64,000 nt of DNA from Folioceros fuciformis (taxonomy: Eukaryota): NCBI GenBank assembly GCA_049999805.1, contig JBNGIO010006371.1, positions 469,049 through 533,048 on the forward strand, in the 5' to 3' direction. Below the pieces are notes generated by a model. It ran no database searches, was not told the DNA's origin, and saw only the letters and a program-made list of their open reading frames with translations. The position numbers and the translations under genes were made by a program. Positions 48,300 to 59,570 of this stretch are shown here, piece by piece (position 1 is the stretch's first letter; each line of letters starts with the position of its first letter).

Positions 48300-49421
48300 T
48301 CAAGCTAGTGGCAAACATTCATTTGAGTTTAGAAGCATATAAGCCCCCCACCTGGGTTCATAAGAAACGAGTGGGCCATGTAGATATGAAGGCAGTGTAA
48401 TCCAAGACTTGTTCGAATGATCGTACTTGACGATGCAATGGTATCTTTTTCCTGTTCCAACATACAGCTCTCCCTTGGCTCCCCCCGCACACTGCGATAT
48501 TTGAGGTTTAACGAAACACTTGCACTTCTTCACTGGCATGGGTCCCCAGTCTTCCCATATGCCGGTCAAGATGTCCATGCAGAACACCTCGATCCCTCTA
48601 ATATGCGGGGATATCTTCCCAGCACGACCTACCAGCATAACCTGGCCTGCGCTACCTGCAAGCCTGGGGAACTTTAGATATGATAGCATGGGTGAGGAAA
48701 CTGCAGTCCACAGATCAAGTCGGCAATCATATGCTCCAAGCACCAAGCCTCCAAAGCACTTTGCAAATATGCAATACACATGTGCACCGACGACAACTGC
48801 ATCCAAAATCTCTGAACACGGTACGGGCCATTCGCTAGCAGATGGTCTCCAATCCCCGACAGCCGAATGATATATCACTGTGCTGAACCCGTGGGGAACT
48901 ACGTGACCGAACGCCAGAACACGATAACTCAGAGGATATGTATTCTCATCCACCTGGAGAGAAATTACCGCTCCATCACATACCTCTAACGGGGGCAATA
49001 GCTTCACATACTGGGACAAGGGATCTATAAGGTAGACAGACACATGATCGATATGTACGTTAACAGCACATAGCAGCCCCGATGCTCCTGAGCAAAACTC
49101 AGACCGCGACGGAAGCCCGTGAGCCCCTTGAAGCCTGTATGTTTTTTTCTCGCCAGAAGAGTAAGCCAGCATCGTGTTTCCACCACCCCGCCCAAGTAGC
49201 CAGGGGTGCCGCGCAGGTGCTCGGCTGCAGCTCTGCTTGAACCGGTCGGAGAAGATCAGCTCCTTCCACCCCTTGCAAACAGTGGCGGCGCGGAAGCGAC
49301 TAGGAGCGGGCAGAGCAACCAACACTCGCTCTATCAGCTCGTTTGGCAACCTCTCCCACACACCTTCTTTCTCAATACCAACGTCACCTTCATGTTTCTG
49401 CTCCTTCTTGTCGGGCTCCAT
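48300..49421 (-). CDS. F-box protein with kelch-like/beta-propeller C-terminus
   Basis: F-box WERLPNELIERVLVALP...AATVCKGWKELI, then GLLC, LLPPL, AYDCRLDLW. First ATG at 49421; an upstream exon is possible. Confidence 0.88.
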   Translation of the reverse strand: MEPDKKEQKHEGDVGIEKEGVWERLPNELIERVLVALPAPSRFRAATVCKGWKELIFSDRFKQSCSRAPARHPWLLGRGGGNTMLAYSSGEKKTYRLQGAHGLPSRSEFCSGASGLLCAVNVHIDHVSVYLIDPLSQYVKLLPPLEVCDGAVISLQVDENTYPLSYRVLAFGHVVPHGFSTVIYHSAVGDWRPSASEWPVPCSEILDAVVVGAHVYCIFAKCFGGLVLGAYDCRLDLWTAVSSPMLSYLKFPRLAGSAGQVMLVGRAGKISPHIRGIEVFCMDILTGIWEDWGPMPVKKCKCFVKPQISQCAGGAKGELYVGTGKRYHCIVKYDHSNKSWITLPSYLHGPLVSYEPRWGAYMLLNSNECLPLA

Positions 49422-50750
49422 GAGCGGGTCCGTGTCACTTGCCCTGAACACTGCTCACCAAAAGGGACGCTAGCACAATCCTCAAGGCACGACACCGACC
49501 CAAATCACCTTCCAAACCCTCAGCTGGCAGTCACAGAACAATCACGTCACAGGACCCGCGCATTAGCCCTAAAAGTTGCAAGAATCCGAACACTGCACCT
49601 AGCTCCTCTCACATCTCTCCATCCCAAACCGAAGGAGCGTACTGTGGAGGCCGGAACACCTACAAAGGAATCAAGGATCTGCGCACAGAGAACAGGCAGT
49701 GCGAGAAAGGAACTCTCTCCTCACTACCATCACCACCGGCCGAACCTTCGATGCCAAGGCAATGAGAAAAGATCTTTGGCGTTCCAGCAGACGGGCACGG
49801 CGCTCACGTCTTGCTCGACTTCGGAGCTTGGAAAGTTGTACACGGAATGTGGTCTTCTAGCTTGAATGGCCTTAACTTGGTAGTCGTCATACTCTTAGGG
49901 CTACGTAGGGTTGCCATGACAAAGTCTCCATAATCGGGAAGGGCTTAATGAAGCGAGAAGATTAGGTACTGAATCGATTCCTATTATACACGTGTACCGT
50001 CCAACGGGCGGCCGGCAAGCGTCGCGGCCAAACCTCGTCGCGAACAGAGCACACAGTTTGATCGAAACAAGCTACAACGGTGCCCCAAGGTTGCTATCCC
50101 CTTCGGAGGAAGGTGAGTTGAGAAAGTGCTTACTCTCAGCCTGATCAAAACGGCCTCAGAGTCCCCAATCTCTGTGAGACTTGTGTTTTTTACTGTTTTT
50201 CTCTCCCTGCAGTCTGCTTGATCTACCTAGCTACAATTTCCACACACGAGAGTGCATCTAACAACACAACCCGCAGCAAGAAGTTCCAGCAGTATGAGTA
50301 AAATTCGACTCGCTCGATTTTCAGACCACAAAAACGTTCACAGCCGGTGCCGCGCACTTAAAGGAATTCTCCCGGTGACGGTTGATTCGCGGCTGTGAGA
50401 TTGACGCTTGTGACCTCCACGCTTCACTCCAGCTCCTACATACACTTTACTAGACTTGACATTGAACTCCTACAAGACTGAAAGCAAAAAGGAATCCATC
50501 GGCCAGAAGCAAGCCCGAGAGAGAGAGAGGAGCATTTATGATTCGATGCGCAGTGTCTTGCCTACTCCCAGTCCACCAAATCCGTCATCTCTTGCCTCCG
50601 TAAGACAAAATATACAAACTTTTCTCCTCCTCTGCCTTCTCCTCCTCCACCTTCACCTCCCATCACTATACCTTCCCCTCCTCCTCCTCCGTTGCATAAA
50701 CCTTAGATAGCAATCCGAGTGATTGCGCCCAGTCCTCGCCGGCGAGCGAA

Positions 50751-51266
50751 TCAATCGCAGCCGTCGTAGAAAGTCAGAAGGGAGTCCAGCTCGGTGTTCC
50801 AGGCCGCAGGGTCCTGCTTACCGAGCATCCACACCAGGTGTTCAAACAGCACCACATCACACGCAATGGTGAGGCCGCCTTGGTGCCCGAATCCGTACTC
50901 CTGCTCCGACTTGTCCAGCAGAACCTTAAACAGGCGATGGCTGAGCCACTCCGTACTGATGACGAAGCGGCGGCGCTCCGTCCCGACATACACCGCCAGG
51001 AACCCCTGAGGCACGTCCTCGGGGCACTGGCCCGCGTCGTCCTCGTCATCGAAATCGCCGTCCAAGTCCGACATATCGAAGGAGCGGGACTTCCGCAGGC
51101 TAACGTCGTCAGAGAAACAGGCGGAGGAGAAGGACATGGACCTGGAGGAGCTCCGAAGCGAGGAGAGCGAGGAGTAGGAGCGGTTCTGCTTTGCCATCCT
51201 CCGCCACTTCTTCACCACCTCCAAGATCCGCTCCATTCTAGAGGAGCCGTTGGTCTGGACCGCCAT
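50751..51266 (-). CDS. SAUR: SAUR (small auxin-up RNA) family protein
   Basis: DVPQGFLAVYVGTERRRFVIST..LSH.LF..LL...EQEYGF.H.GGLTIAC core; intronless; N-terminal VKKWRRMA. Confidence 0.93.
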   Translation of the reverse strand: MAVQTNGSSRMERILEVVKKWRRMAKQNRSYSSLSSLRSSSRSMSFSSACFSDDVSLRKSRSFDMSDLDGDFDDEDDAGQCPEDVPQGFLAVYVGTERRRFVISTEWLSHRLFKVLLDKSEQEYGFGHQGGLTIACDVVLFEHLVWMLGKQDPAAWNTELDSLLTFYDGCD

Positions 51267-51604
51267 TCCAGCAAGAAGCAGAACCGCGGAAAGCCGCAGA
51301 GCTTCGAAGATTGTTCCCCCTTTGCTTGCCCTTGGCTCCTTAGCTTTGCGCTGCTTTACTGCAGCGCTGCGCACTCGAGCTCAGCCATAGCGGCTACGAA
51401 GGCGGCGGCAACTGAATTCAAGAAAGCGCCGCAGCCTCGGCGAGAGGAAGGCGGTGGCGGGAAAGGACATGACACGCGGTGAGCGGAGTCGCGGGGGGCT
51501 CGGGGCGACGAGAGTGGAGCATGGAGGGCGAGGCGCACCGGAAGCTTAGAGGGAGGAATTCGGCCCGAAGGTTCGGACTCGGCTGCTAGGCAAATGAGCA
51601 AGTC

Positions 51605-51630
51605 CATATGTGCGGAGACACTATTTATAC
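51605..51630 (-). promoter_or_regulatory. Putative SAUR core promoter: TATAAATA followed by TGTCTC (AuxRE) and CATATG
   Basis: The minus strand reads GTATAAATAGTGTCTCCGCACATATG about 340-360 bp upstream of the ATG. Confidence 0.4.
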
Positions 51631-52900
51631 GCTTGCGGCTGCTGGTGGCGGCCAGTGGCTCTCACCGGCAGCATCCGTCAATTAGGCTACACCCCGGGAC
51701 GGCCTGTCAGACTGTCACTTCCCTTGCCCCTTCCACTTTCGCCCCTGCTCACATTTGGCGAAACCGCCCACAAATTGCTTCACCAACACAAACAAAACCG
51801 TCCACAGAATTCCTGATGAATCTTCACTCTCAAATTTTATGCCATCCATTTGCTACCAGTAGATTCTATGGTTGCCAAAGTCGGTAGCTCTTTACAAAAA
51901 TCAGTTTCATGTGAGCATACATGCTTAACCACATACATGTATGTTCAACGGTTTTGTGAATTATTATTATGATAATTAAATATATATTCCTATTATTTGA
52001 ATAAGAAAAAAGGATAATGACAACAAGTACAAAATAATAGAAAAAAAATATTATCCAAAATCACAAATCTCAAGAAAGAGAAACCGTACGTATGGACTGA
52101 TTGCGCATTTGCGGAATCCCTTAATCCCAATTTTCGAAAATCGCGCCTACATTAAGCGAATTTAGACTGAACGAAATCCGAAAAGATGACCACCAGGATA
52201 TGTAAGTACAAGTAGTTCCAAAATTGGAGCACGGCTTTGGGAACACGGAGAAATGTGGTCGCGCGTGAAATGAACTGATCTTGGCGCAACCAAGTGGTGG
52301 CGAAATCGGGGCACTTGAGGCGGGTTTGATTCTTCCCTAGGTGAGTGCTGCTCAGAAGAGCCCGTTTAAGGCTCAGAAAAGAAGCCTTGTTCAGGACGTC
52401 GTGTATGCATGCGGGGAGGGTGTAATTGAGCGGAGCCCATCTATAACGGATTGGGTCCTCCAAGGCAGGTTTTCCGGCTCTTGAGAATTGTGCATGCACG
52501 GAGTGTATGCAGTCGTCCAAGATAAATAGCCAGAGCCAAGTACAAGGCGCTTTAATCAGGATGCATGTGGGGAATTGGAATGCACTTCCTGGGTTGCAGC
52601 CACCTTAGATGAGTGGAAATGAAATGCCATGCCAAAGTCACTTGTACTTCCACCTCCAGAAAATCAAGGCCCATATGCACCTAAGGCATATGGGTTGCAA
52701 TCCAATATGGTTGGCAGTAGATTTCAATTTTATGTACCTAGTCAGGTACTATAGATAATATCTATGGAAAAGATGCGACTATCTTCAACCATGTTCGCAA
52801 GAGGAAGAATGTCTTCTTTGATAGATAGTGATGATATGGACTGTCGTCGTGAAACGAAAGTCTTCATATCTCAAACTAGCTATTGAATGTTTGGTGATGC

Positions 52901-53099
52901 ATGTGTTGCTCTTCTTCTTCACTACTGAAGTGTGAAAATAGAAATGTGTTGCTCTTCTTCCTCACTACTGAAGTGTGAAAATAGAAATGTGTTGCTCTTC
53001 TTCTACACTACTGAAGTGTGAAAATAAAAATGTGTTGCTCTTCTTCTTTTCACTACTGCTCTTCTTCTTCTTCACTACTGAAGTGTGAAAATAGAAATG
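52901..53099. repeat. 43-bp minisatellite, ~4.5 copies
   Basis: ATGTGTTGCTCTTCTTCTTCACTACTGAAGTGTGAAAATAGAA starting at 52901, 52944, 52987 and 53030. Confidence 0.93.
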
Positions 53100-53151
53100 G
53101 AGAGTGTCAAGCATAGAGTTGTTATTCAAGATCTTGTATATTCATCACAAG

Positions 53152-53295
53152 GGAGTGATCCATAGTCTTGTATTCTATGCAAGGTGATACATAGTCTTGC
53201 ATTCTATGCATGGAGTGATCCATAGTCTTGGATTCTCAGCAAGGCAGTGCTCCATAGTCTTGCATGCAAGAAGTAATCCATAAGCATTCTATGGA
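53152..53295. repeat. ~30-bp degenerate tandem repeat, ~5 copies
   Basis: Recurring GTGATCCATAGTCTTG(C/T/G)ATTCT unit. Confidence 0.85.
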
Positions 53296-53382
53296 AAGGA
53301 GTGTATTTCCTTCCTAGGTACAGGTTTTGAATGCCTACAATGGTGGTGTAGGCGATAAGGGGCAGAGGAAGCTAGAAGGAAG

Positions 53383-53494
53383 GAGAGGCGAGTGAATTTT
53401 GAGGAGGTCATTCAAGAGTAGTAGTGGATTGGTGGATCGAGAGGCGAGTGAATTTTGAGGAAGTCATTCAAGAGTAGTAGTGGATTGGTGGATC
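53383..53494. repeat. 56-bp direct tandem duplication
   Basis: GAGAGGCGAGTGAATTTTGAGGA(G/A)GTCATTCAAGAGTAGTAGTGGATTGGTGGATC at 53383 and 53439. Confidence 0.93.
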
Positions 53495-53949
53495 AAATGC
53501 AGATGTGGAAGAGGAATGGGAATCGGTGCGTTCACCTGAGAAGATCTTCTGATGACGAGGAGGCAAGTGCTGGGGCGTGAGTGGTGGAAGGACATGCCAT
53601 TTTGAAGGTAGAGCCTGCGTGCTAACAGCTGAGGCTAAAGAAAGAGAGACAAAGCGACTGAGAAGCAACATTCCACAGGCAGCCACCAAATAGGCTCCGG
53701 CCCACTTGGGTGAGGGGCAAGGGGAGGGAAGCAGGGGCAGGGCCCACGCCCACGAGCCTACAGGCGGCCGGCACAAGCCATCTCGCGTCTCTGGCAAACT
53801 CTCTGCACCTCAATCACTGAGAGAATGTGATAGACGGGAAGACAGGGAAGGAGGACGGAAGACGCGAGATACAGAGGCGCGAGGGACCTGTGACGGAGAG
53901 GAGTAGTGAGTGATGTGCCTCTGCCGTCATTTCTGACAATCCTCTATCA

Positions 53950-55640
53950 CAGACGAGGCCCTACTAGAGGTGGCCGACCACTGGCCAGGCAGCAAGGCTG
54001 AGGTAATCCAGTATGTGCCAGTTCAGTACCACTGGGGCCCGGCCATCCCCAAATTGATTGTCTCACCAAGTGTCTCACGTGGGAGTTGGTAAACGGTGAA
54101 TCCCGTCGCTCCAAATGGCGCGCTGGAGTCTGAATGGCCTGCGTCGCCCCGATTGGATGCGGCTCTCCGTCGCTGCTGCCGCACCTGCTGCAGCTGGGGA
54201 TGGCACACATGCCGTGCCTTCTCATGCATTGCCTGCGATATTAAACCCGTTCTGTGGCTTGTCTCTGTTGCGGAACTGGTGGCTCATGTTCCCCAACTCT
54301 CCACCAGAGATATGTGTGCTACGAAGCGACGAGGCCAACCACCCCCGAGCCCCGAGCTTCTGAAGGAGCCAGAGTCTAGATACTGGCGAAACCCTTGTCA
54401 TGGCGGAACCCGATTCCTGTTGCACCCACCATTAGGGCTACAGTATTACGTACCCATAACCTGGGGTGCTGAGCACGGACTGGTATAAGAGAATCAGGAC
54501 AAGGACGACGTGGTGTCCCGGACCTGCACTTCATGGTTGATTCATGACAGGATTCTCCATCTCCGCCCACTGTTTGTCCTTGCCGTCACCACGTTGCCCT
54601 TGCGGACTCCGAATCAAAGCTCCACACCCCAAATGTGGCTTCCCAGCTGCATGCTGCATGGATGTCTCCGGTGGCCTGCTGTGGATGTGGAGGAGCTCTC
54701 GCTTCCGTGATGTGGTTTTGGGTCAACGAGGCACGTAATAGCACGCCTGGCAGCTAGCACTCGTAGTTTCCCTAGGATCCACCGTTGCAGGAGGTTCTGA
54801 CTAGATGAGCCTGTCCATGACATAACCTCCCCACTCCTGCAACTGCCTTGTGATCCATTTCACACACGTAGTACTCTATACCCTTTTTCCTCCCGCATCC
54901 GATTCGAGCCGGGAGTGAAGGCTGCTTCTGTGTGAAGACTGTACATAAAGAGAGAACGCGGTTTCCAGTTGACATTGAGGTGGCTGTTTCGATGAGGCAG
55001 GCCATAGCGGCGCTTCGATAAAGTGGTGCAACTGCTGCTGCTTCCGCGCCTGCAGACATGGCAAAGTTGCAAGTACACATATATACACGAAACCCACAGA
55101 AAAAATACAGTACCTATAAGTACAATGCCGTGTCTGAAATTCGGACGGATATTGGGATTGGGCATCCAAAGTCAAACAGCTTCCACTGGAGCAGGCTGCA
55201 TCTATAGTGAACGTCCCGTGTTGTGCCCTGCTGAACATTGGATTGTGGATTGCTGTTGCCTGCAAACTTTGTAGCAGAGCTTTATTCCTGTCAGCTGGAG
55301 CATGCCACCTCCCATGCCTTGATGTCTCCGTGGTTGAAGTACATTGGACACACGGGGTCATGTCGTCCAAGTTTCAGTCTCTGACAGGTGTGAAAAACGT
55401 CTTGGCTGTAGAAACTTACACTAGCCACATCCCCTGCTTAGTCTTAGTTACTCAACCCTTTGTTCAAGGCTTCGTGGATACTCTCTTTGAGAAGGACTTG
55501 GCTCATGCGGATTACCTTTCCAATTTGGGGGACCCACAAGTGGCATTTAACATCCTCCTCTCTTCGTACTTTATTCAATACCCTTGTTCAACATTGCTAG
55601 CAAGCTTGAGGAGCTTTGACTATAAAATATGCAAACTGGG
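53950..55640 (+). mobile_element. Possible degenerate non-LTR retrotransposon remnant
   Basis: FVQGFVDTLFEKDLAHADYLSNLGDPQVAFNILLS (~55460-55565) resembles the post-RT region of early-branching non-LTR elements. No intact RT motif was seen; boundaries are guessed. Confidence 0.35.
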
Positions 55641-56401
55641 TGGGCTCTACCAGGCTGTCAAACCCCTGAAAGCTATCTGTATATCTGTGCCGCTCAGTGC
55701 CTCGTTCACGGAAATTACCACGGAAAGCAACTTAATCAAAATGGACATGTAGAGGCAAGTACCGTCGACTGAGGTAGACTCCACGCAAGGGTACTCTCTC
55801 CTCATGTGCGCTTGGAGTGTGTAGAGAGGATTACGGCGGTCATGGCTATCCCCATGACTGACGAATCCTTTCAAGCTTGGACTCTTGTCAGCTCAAGACC
55901 ACTAACATGCTATCGCTTGGAGGCTGTACAACCAAGCCCACAGCCGTGCAGCACAAGGCGTGTTCCGCAAGACGCTCCACGCACCCTTCGTCCACGACGG
56001 TGGAGGACCCGGCAATCAAAACTGTAATATTAAATCCTCGGAAATATTTGACTTGCCTACCATCCGTAATGTCTTGTCCACGAACTAGCCGCGTTACAGA
56101 GACTGACAAAACGGAATACGCATGTGCAACCACCGCCAGAGGGAGGAGCTGCAAGAAATCATAAAACATTCGTAAGGTCTGACGTGAAAAGGAGGGCGGT
56201 ACAGCTTAGGTGAGGAATACACTGGAGGCCCTTGACCCAAAAAAAAGTCACATCCGAATTCTATATCCGAGCAGCAGCGCAAACAGACGGTCGTAGAGAA
56301 GAAAGGATTGAACCTGGTTTTTAGAGCACGCTACCCGCTAGACAAGCTAATCTCACATTTGAACCAAAATTGTTTGCTTCGTTAAGAGTACCTACAAAAA
56401 A

Positions 56402-56985
56402 TTAGGCCGGAATTTCTACAGTTCCGTCATCTATCTCACTTTGCAAGTCCTTAGGGCTTTTACCGTCCACAGTGCATCCAACCGACACACAAGTTCCCAA
56501 AATCTCCTTCACAGTGCCCTCCAGGCCCTTGGCCATGGACCTGTGAGCCATAATCTTGGCAATCTCAATCACGTCATCCAACCCGACATTCCCCGTGTGC
56601 TTGACGTTCTTCACCTTCTTCCTATCCCTTTCCGGCTCCTTCAACGCCTTAATCACGAGAGCAGCCGCACTAGGCACCACGCTAACCTTGGCCTGCCTGT
56701 TCTGCACAGTCAGCTTGACAGTGACACGGAGACCCTTCCAATCCTTGGCAGTCTCCTTTGCGATATCCTCCCCAACCTTCTTGGGCGACAACCCTAGAGG
56801 ACCAATCTTCGGCGCCAAAGAGGACGCAGCTCCAACCTCACCTCCTGCAACAAATCCAAGCAATATGTAGTCCACACAATCCAGCTGCATGCTAGAACAT
56901 AAACGCACTACCACACCTGCGAAACCCTACCTGTAACCCTGACGTACACCTCCACCACCTGAGAAGGATCGAGCTTGGGCGGCAT
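56402..56985 (-). CDS. RPL12: 60S ribosomal protein L12 (uL11), 2 exons
   Basis: Exons 56985-56931 ([18 protein letters not shown]) and 56844-56402 ([30 protein letters not shown]...). Confidence 0.97.
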
Positions 56986-57085
56986 GGCTGCTCAACCGGC
57001 GAGTTCTTCAACGATTAGAGGGGAGATGGACGTCAGACAAAGCCTTTGCAGAGAAAAGAGACAAATACAGGAATTTACGGACACG

Positions 57086-57099
57086 AGGGTTTAGGGTTT
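57086..57099 (-). promoter_or_regulatory. Telo-box (AAACCCTA) in the RPL12/RPP1 intergenic region
   Basis: AGGGTTTAGGGTTT; telo-boxes are typical of plant translation-machinery promoters. Confidence 0.7.
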
Positions 57100-57241
57100 T
57101 TAGTACCCTAAAGGAAACCTACTAAACAGGTCCTCGTAGATCATTCGTCGTTGCGCGATTTGCCTCCTAGGTTAAGTGTAGTCCTGCTAGCTGATCCCCG
57201 TCTTTGTTGCTCGCTTTGTTCAATTCGCACGAGGAGCGAAC

Positions 57242-57856
57242 ATGTCGTCCAGCGAGCTTGCCTGCACATACGCAGCTTTGATTCTACACGATGACGGTAT
57301 TGCCATCACGGTAAGCACTACCTCTTTGATTTGTCTTCTCATGGCTGCCACAGCGTGTCTTCGATGGAGGACTGACGAAAACAGTTGATGACGTGCAGGC
57401 TGATAAAATCGCAACCCTAGTGAAGACAGCCAAGGTTCAAATCGAGCCCTTTTGGCCTGCGCTGTTCGCCAAGCTTCTGGAGAAGAGAAGTGTGGAGGAT
57501 CTGATCACCAGTGTTGGATCTGGTACGTGACGTTCTGTCCTTCTCTCCTTGTGGCATGTTGTGATGACAATCGAATCGTAATTCGGGGCTGAATTCTGGC
57601 CTCTCCATGGTGCAGGTGGAGGAGGAGGGGGCGTTGCTGTTAGCGGAGGAATGGCCCCCGCTGCCGGCGGTGCTGCTCCTGCCGCAGAAGGAGTTGAAGA
57701 GAAAAAGGTAAGGGATTGGGTCGTGGGGTCATCGAACGTTTTTAATCCTTTTGCTTCCTGTGCTGCTTCCTTCATCCTGATGTGCCCGGTCTGGTGCAGG
57801 AGGAGCCGAAGGAGGAAGAGAGCGATGAAGATCTGGGCTTCGGTCTGTTTGACTGA
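57242..57856 (+). CDS. RPP1: 60S acidic ribosomal protein P1, 4 exons
   Basis: Exons 57242-57310, 57399-57522, 57616-57707, 57800-57856. [29 protein letters not shown], Ala/Gly hinge, C-terminal [13 protein letters not shown]. Confidence 0.96.
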
Positions 57857-58652
57857 GGTGGAGGATGTAGACCATTTTTGTCAGGTGTAGGCTTCTTTTT
57901 GTAGCAAGGCAAAGCAACTTGTGTATTGCAAGTGATGAGAGGTCTGTCTCTCGATGAGTAAGGGAGTGTAATTCTTTCAGTGTTCCGAGAATTATTTGAA
58001 GGAATTCCTTGCACCTAGCGTGGTTGCAGTTTCGCACATCTGAAGCTCTCGATTCTTGTACATCCTGTAGGCCCTGCCGCATCGTCACATCTCCAATGCT
58101 CCCTACGAAGTACGCAGCACTTTTTCAGGTGCCATTCTAGGTCTCCTATCCCGTCGTGTAGTCGGTTCGATGCCTACACACTAAAGGGCGGCTCGGTACC
58201 GAACCGCGTGCAAGACCTAGAACCGTCCTTCAGGCAACTCGGCGCGGATCTACCCTAATTTTTACTCACTTGAAGCGCGTCCTTGCGCGCTCCGAGTATC
58301 TTCCCGTCGGTCTCGCGAATTTTCAAATTTTCCTGGTAGGCTGTCCGACTACCCTGTCCCTTCCGCAGCTGTCCCGACTGCTTGTGCATTGCATCGCATT
58401 GTGTATCTGGTCGTGTGAATGAGTGCTTGCCAATTGTTGTTTCTCGCATGCCGAATGTGGTAGGTTCTAGGGTTCTGTAGAGGTTTTGGCCACTGGCTCA
58501 GGTATTGTGGTGGTGTAATTTGCATGGCTTCCTTGCTTTGGTGCTTTCGGGTGTCCATCCTTACGGCAAGCCTAGCGTTGATACTTGTCCTTCATTCCTG
58601 GTTTCTGACAAGCAGGGCAGTGTGATACGAGGTTTAGGAGAGGCCGTGCAAG

Positions 58653-59570
58653 ATGTCGATGTCCAAGAGCTCCAAGCTCTTGCAGTATATCAATTACAGG
58701 ATGAGAGTGACAATTCAGGATGGGAGGCAGCTGGTTGGGAAGTTCATGGCCTTCGACAGACATATGAACCTGGTTCTGGGGGACTGTGAGGAGTTTAGGA
58801 GACTGCCCCCCAAAAAGGGCAAGGCTCAGGAGGAGCGAGAGGAACGCAGGACTCTGGGTTTGTTGCTTCTACGGGGAGAGGAAGTGGTTTCTATGACGGT
58901 TGAGGGGCCACCCCCACAGGAAGAATCCAGGTCGAGGTCCGCAGCAGCAGCGCAGGCGGGCCCGGGCATTGGGCGGGCTGCTGGGCGAGGTATTCCTACG
59001 GCTCCGTTGGGACAGGCGCAGCCTGGGCTTGCAGGTCCGGTGAGAGGAATTGGAGGACCAGCTCCTGGGATGATGCAGCCGCAGCTCAACAGACCTCCAG
59101 TTCCGCAGGTGTCTGCCGCCCCTGTCACTTATCCTGCACCTGGACCTCCTATTCCCGGGGTGCGGCCTCCAGGTCCTCCCCCCCAGGTTTACCCGGGCGG
59201 TCCTCCAAGAAACATGCCACCAGTACCCCCACCACCTGGCATGAGGCCACCAGGGCCTCCGGGACAGATGTTGCAAAGCGGGCCGCCACAAGGGTTTTTG
59301 CCTTCGAGGCCTGGATTGCCTCCAGGTCCTCCTCCTCCTCCAGGTGCGATGCAGATGGGTGGCCCAGGTATGCCCCCTTTCGGACAGAGGCCAATGCCTC
59401 CTCAGTTGCTGCGTCCAGGCCCTCCTCCGATGGGTGGGCCTCGACCTGGTATGCCTCCACCCGGTACACCTGTTGGCCCTCCCAGGCCTGGTATGCCTCC
59501 CGGACCCCCTCAGATGTATCCTCCCCGTCCTGGCATGCCCCCGCCTTCTCAGCAGCCTCCTCAGCACTAG
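58653..59570 (+). CDS. SmB: Small nuclear ribonucleoprotein SmB/B'
   Basis: [49 protein letters not shown] Sm fold, RG motifs and a Pro/Gly/Met-rich tail. Confidence 0.97.
   Translation: MSMSKSSKLLQYINYRMRVTIQDGRQLVGKFMAFDRHMNLVLGDCEEFRRLPPKKGKAQEEREERRTLGLLLLRGEEVVSMTVEGPPPQEESRSRSAAAAQAGPGIGRAAGRGIPTAPLGQAQPGLAGPVRGIGGPAPGMMQPQLNRPPVPQVSAAPVTYPAPGPPIPGVRPPGPPPQVYPGGPPRNMPPVPPPPGMRPPGPPGQMLQSGPPQGFLPSRPGLPPGPPPPPGAMQMGGPGMPPFGQRPMPPQLLRPGPPPMGGPRPGMPPPGTPVGPPRPGMPPGPPQMYPPRPGMPPPSQQPPQH

Noticed and set aside
50838-51482. 214-aa ORF antisense to the SAUR
   Set aside because: GC-rich shadow ORF with no domain.
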